Part shown: positions 29,430 through 31,587 of the stretch, one piece after another
How the letters are laid out: every line of letters begins with the position of its first letter
Numbering within the stretch: the stretch's first letter is position 1
Virus record (IMG/VR): IMGVR_UViG_3300047669_002593
Coordinates: 1-31,587 of that record
Reading direction: 5' to 3' (one strand)
Source of the DNA: a virus
Lineage: Duplodnaviria > Caudoviricetes
DNA length: 31,587 nt
Position numbers and translations under genes: made by a program
The notes under the pieces: generated by a model
The model's database searches: none
What the model saw: the letters and a program-made list of their open reading frames with translations, nothing else
Told to the model about the DNA's origin: nothing

Positions 29430-31345
29430 AAATCGAATTGAAGTTTATCTTTCCCGTTATGCATATAGTTAAGAATCCTTTGTGTTCCTATGAAAGGAAG
29501 AAAGGCTATCTCGAAGTATCCCTCGTGCTCTCCTTGCCCTTCCATTGTTGGCAAGTTGTCTAAGTGGCTAGAATATGGGATCGTTTTGAATATGTACGGA
29601 TTCCCTTCTAGAATGTGAAAATACTCTGGTTTCGTAGCGAAATAGATATTGTACTCTGGATAAGTTTCTTTTATGTTTTTAAGAAGAGCTGTACATAGGT
29701 AAACGTCTCCAATGCTTTGAGGCATGCTTATTAATAGCCTTCTGCCTTTGTCGTCCTTTCCTAAAATATCATTAAAGTCTATTGATCGATTCTTTTGGTT
29801 GTCTTCCAGAGCGACTTGCTTGAAGTAGGCCAACACGTCCCCTCTGTTGCTATCTTGGGAAAGTCTATTCATCCAGTGCTTGTGACCATCTTCACTCTTG
29901 TCTACTTCCATATCTAAAATATTTTTGTAGAGATCAATAAGCCACTCTGCATCGTTTTCTATTTTTGGAGGATTGTATTCTGGGTTTTTGAGTTTCCCTG
30001 TGAAGTCGAAGTCCCAATCGATTTCTGGCAGAGAGTCAATGAGTTTCTCTAGTTTTGTGCATACTGCCTCTATGCTGTAGTTATCTATAACATATTGTCT
30101 GGCCTTCCTTCCTAGTTCGGTCCTCTTGGAGGGCTTCATATTATAGACTTTTTTTAATTGTTTTGCTATGCTGGAGGGGCTGGTACTAGCCTTAATGAAT
30201 TGGGTTCCTGGCTCTCTGTATTCTGACCAATCTAGAGGCAATCCTCCGCTTTCGTTGGAGCACCCCTCTTCTCCGCAGCTATAGTTTGTAACAATCGTAA
30301 TTAGCTCCGTAAGCTTTGCCTCCTGTACGGGAATCTCCTGCCCTCCGCTAGTGAAGGGGTGACAATAAACGTCCATGAGATTATATATCTGGTTTAGCTC
30401 GTCTTCTGAAACCCCCACCTTTACGTTGGTAGTGACTTGGGACCCTTTCGCTCCACAAAATCTACAGTCCTGGTTTTCTCCCGACTCTTTAACTTCTCCA
30501 GCAAAGCTTTTGATTTCATATTCTTTACAATTTTGACAAACATAGGTTGTAAGGATACTGGAGGGGTCTAAGCCTTTTTCTTGAATTAACCTAGGAATGT
30601 CCCAACCTTCTTGCCAGTGGGTGTGTAGGAATAGCTTGGCTCTGCTTCCTGGGTTCTGTTGTAAAAACAACTTGAAGCCCTCTAGTAAATTTGGGACGCT
30701 TTTTCTGAGTTGATTTCTGAAAACGAATCCAATAATAAACTCGTCTTCAGGTATCGAATATTTCTCCCTAAGCTTCTTTCTCGACTCATCTTTTAGTCTG
30801 TGGTATACTCCTGTGTCTACTGCTCCGTGTAGTGTTTTAACGTGATCGTGCCCCAGTTCTTTTAGGGCTCTCTCCGCGAAAGACGACCAAACATAATAGT
30901 GTTTAATTTTCGAGGCTACTTTTTCCGCTTCTGGAAGAATGGGGAGGCTGTCTAGCGTTGTCCATATCATGGAATTGATCTTGTTCCACCATTTTTTATC
31001 TGTATACCCACTGAACCCCCAAATGTCTTCAATTCCTATATACATATCTGGCTTCTCCTCTTTTATTATTTGGTCTATCATCTGTGCACCATAACCAGCT
31101 TGCCTGCCTAAGTTTGGGTCTTGATTAAGTTTTCGAAGGAGTCCTGGGTCATTAGGAAGAGACCCTTCGCACTTCCAAGGGAGCTTTTTAAGCTCTGGGT
31201 CGCCCCAGTGCATTCCGTTGGAAAATTCTACAATATCATACTTGCCTGTTTTGTGCAAGTGGATTAATATGTTTTTTGTATGCTTACCGAAGCCAGTGAA
31301 GGCCTTGCAGTGATTGCTGTGAATCAACAGCTTTTTCTTTTTCAT
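29420..31345 (-). CDS. Glycosyltransferase family 4-like protein with zinc ribbon, DUF4214-like domain and GT9 N-terminal domain
   Basis: TGFG, HGAVDTGVY..RKKLR, FIIGFVFRNQLRK, LNQIYNLMDVYCHP..IPVQEA, GRKARQYV..YS. Also CQNC-x20-CRFC and a C-terminal LLISMPQSIGDV..LEGNPYI. Confidence 0.85.
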   Translation of the reverse strand: MKKKKLLIHSNHCKAFTGFGKHTKNILIHLHKTGKYDIVEFSNGMHWGDPELKKLPWKCEGSLPNDPGLLRKLNQDPNLGRQAGYGAQMIDQIIKEEKPDMYIGIEDIWGFSGYTDKKWWNKINSMIWTTLDSLPILPEAEKVASKIKHYYVWSSFAERALKELGHDHVKTLHGAVDTGVYHRLKDESRKKLREKYSIPEDEFIIGFVFRNQLRKSVPNLLEGFKLFLQQNPGSRAKLFLHTHWQEGWDIPRLIQEKGLDPSSILTTYVCQNCKEYEIKSFAGEVKESGENQDCRFCGAKGSQVTTNVKVGVSEDELNQIYNLMDVYCHPFTSGGQEIPVQEAKLTELITIVTNYSCGEEGCSNESGGLPLDWSEYREPGTQFIKASTSPSSIAKQLKKVYNMKPSKRTELGRKARQYVIDNYSIEAVCTKLEKLIDSLPEIDWDFDFTGKLKNPEYNPPKIENDAEWLIDLYKNILDMEVDKSEDGHKHWMNRLSQDSNRGDVLAYFKQVALEDNQKNRSIDFNDILGKDDKGRRLLISMPQSIGDVYLCTALLKNIKETYPEYNIYFATKPEYFHILEGNPYIFKTIPYSSHLDNLPTMEGQGEHEGYFEIAFLPFIGTQRILNYMHNGKDKLQFDLCT

Positions 31346-31587
31346 TAAAACGGAACATCGGATGGGGGTTTGTAGGGCTTCGTGTCTTTGGCTGGTATTT
31401 TTTCCATGCCCATTTCTGTGGATTTCTTATTTTTGTGTAGTTTAATTTCCTCTCTGCGGCGATGCTTGTACAGCTCATGGAGAAAGAACTTTAGAAACTC
31501 CGAAAGCGTTTCTACCTCTCCAGGCTCTAGGGGGATCCTGAAGGTCTGATTGCCGTTTCTGGTAAAGACTGCCCCGAATGCAGGAAC
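31345..31587 (-). CDS. 3' end of an uncalled gene, candidate ssDNA-binding protein
   Basis: Manual translation gives an open frame from the window edge: VPAFGAVFTRNGNQTFRIPLEPGEVETLSEFLKFFLHELYKHRRREEIKLHKNKKSTEMGMEKIPAKDTKPYKPPSDVPF*. The stop overlaps the next ATG (TAATG). Confidence 0.7.
   Translation of the reverse strand, partial: VPAFGAVFTRNGNQTFRIPLEPGEVETLSEFLKFFLHELYKHRRREEIKLHKNKKSTEMGMEKIPAKDTKPYKPPSDVPF

Noticed and set aside
29420-29445. Programmed -1 frameshift fusing GT4 and GT9
   Set aside because: The shared open window is short and has no X XXY YYZ heptamer. A coupled ATG explains the junction, though a shift is not strictly excluded.
31284-31478. 64-aa minus-strand ORF in the track
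   Set aside because: It overlaps the GT4 start. A different frame ending SDVPF* with TAATG coupling is more plausible.
1-31587. tRNA, rRNA, integrase, transposase or intrinsic terminators
   Set aside because: The window is almost entirely coding with gaps of 15 nt or less, and none were recognised by eye.

Overview
This window is part of a large tailed dsDNA phage genome (or prophage). Positions 2-27396 (+) form one tightly coupled lambda-type tail operon: tape measure (5'-truncated), two unknown ~300-aa genes, then gpM, gpL, gpK, a gpI-gpJ fusion, a 2994-aa J-continuation/fibre and a small stand-alone S74 chaperone gene. The tail-tip genes are greatly enlarged by inserted modules. The gpM equivalent is 1712 aa and consists of two gpM units, each with different cargo at the same position; one cargo is a matrixin-type zinc metalloprotease. 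gpK has only its JAB domain and lacks NlpC/P60. Three module types recur across different tail proteins: a Trp-rich domain resembling one I recall from Opitutales proteins, a DY..YV/DL..A/WG..H/R.LP motif, and a small FCCH-like barrel. CBM5/12-like motifs recur as well. Positions 27386-31587 (-) form a convergent operon: an uncalled partial gene ending in an SSB-like tail (SDVPF), a GT4 glycosyltransferase with a zinc ribbon, a GT9 enzyme apparently split over two genes, and a possible ssDNA-annealing protein. All family calls come from recognising motifs by eye; no searches were run.
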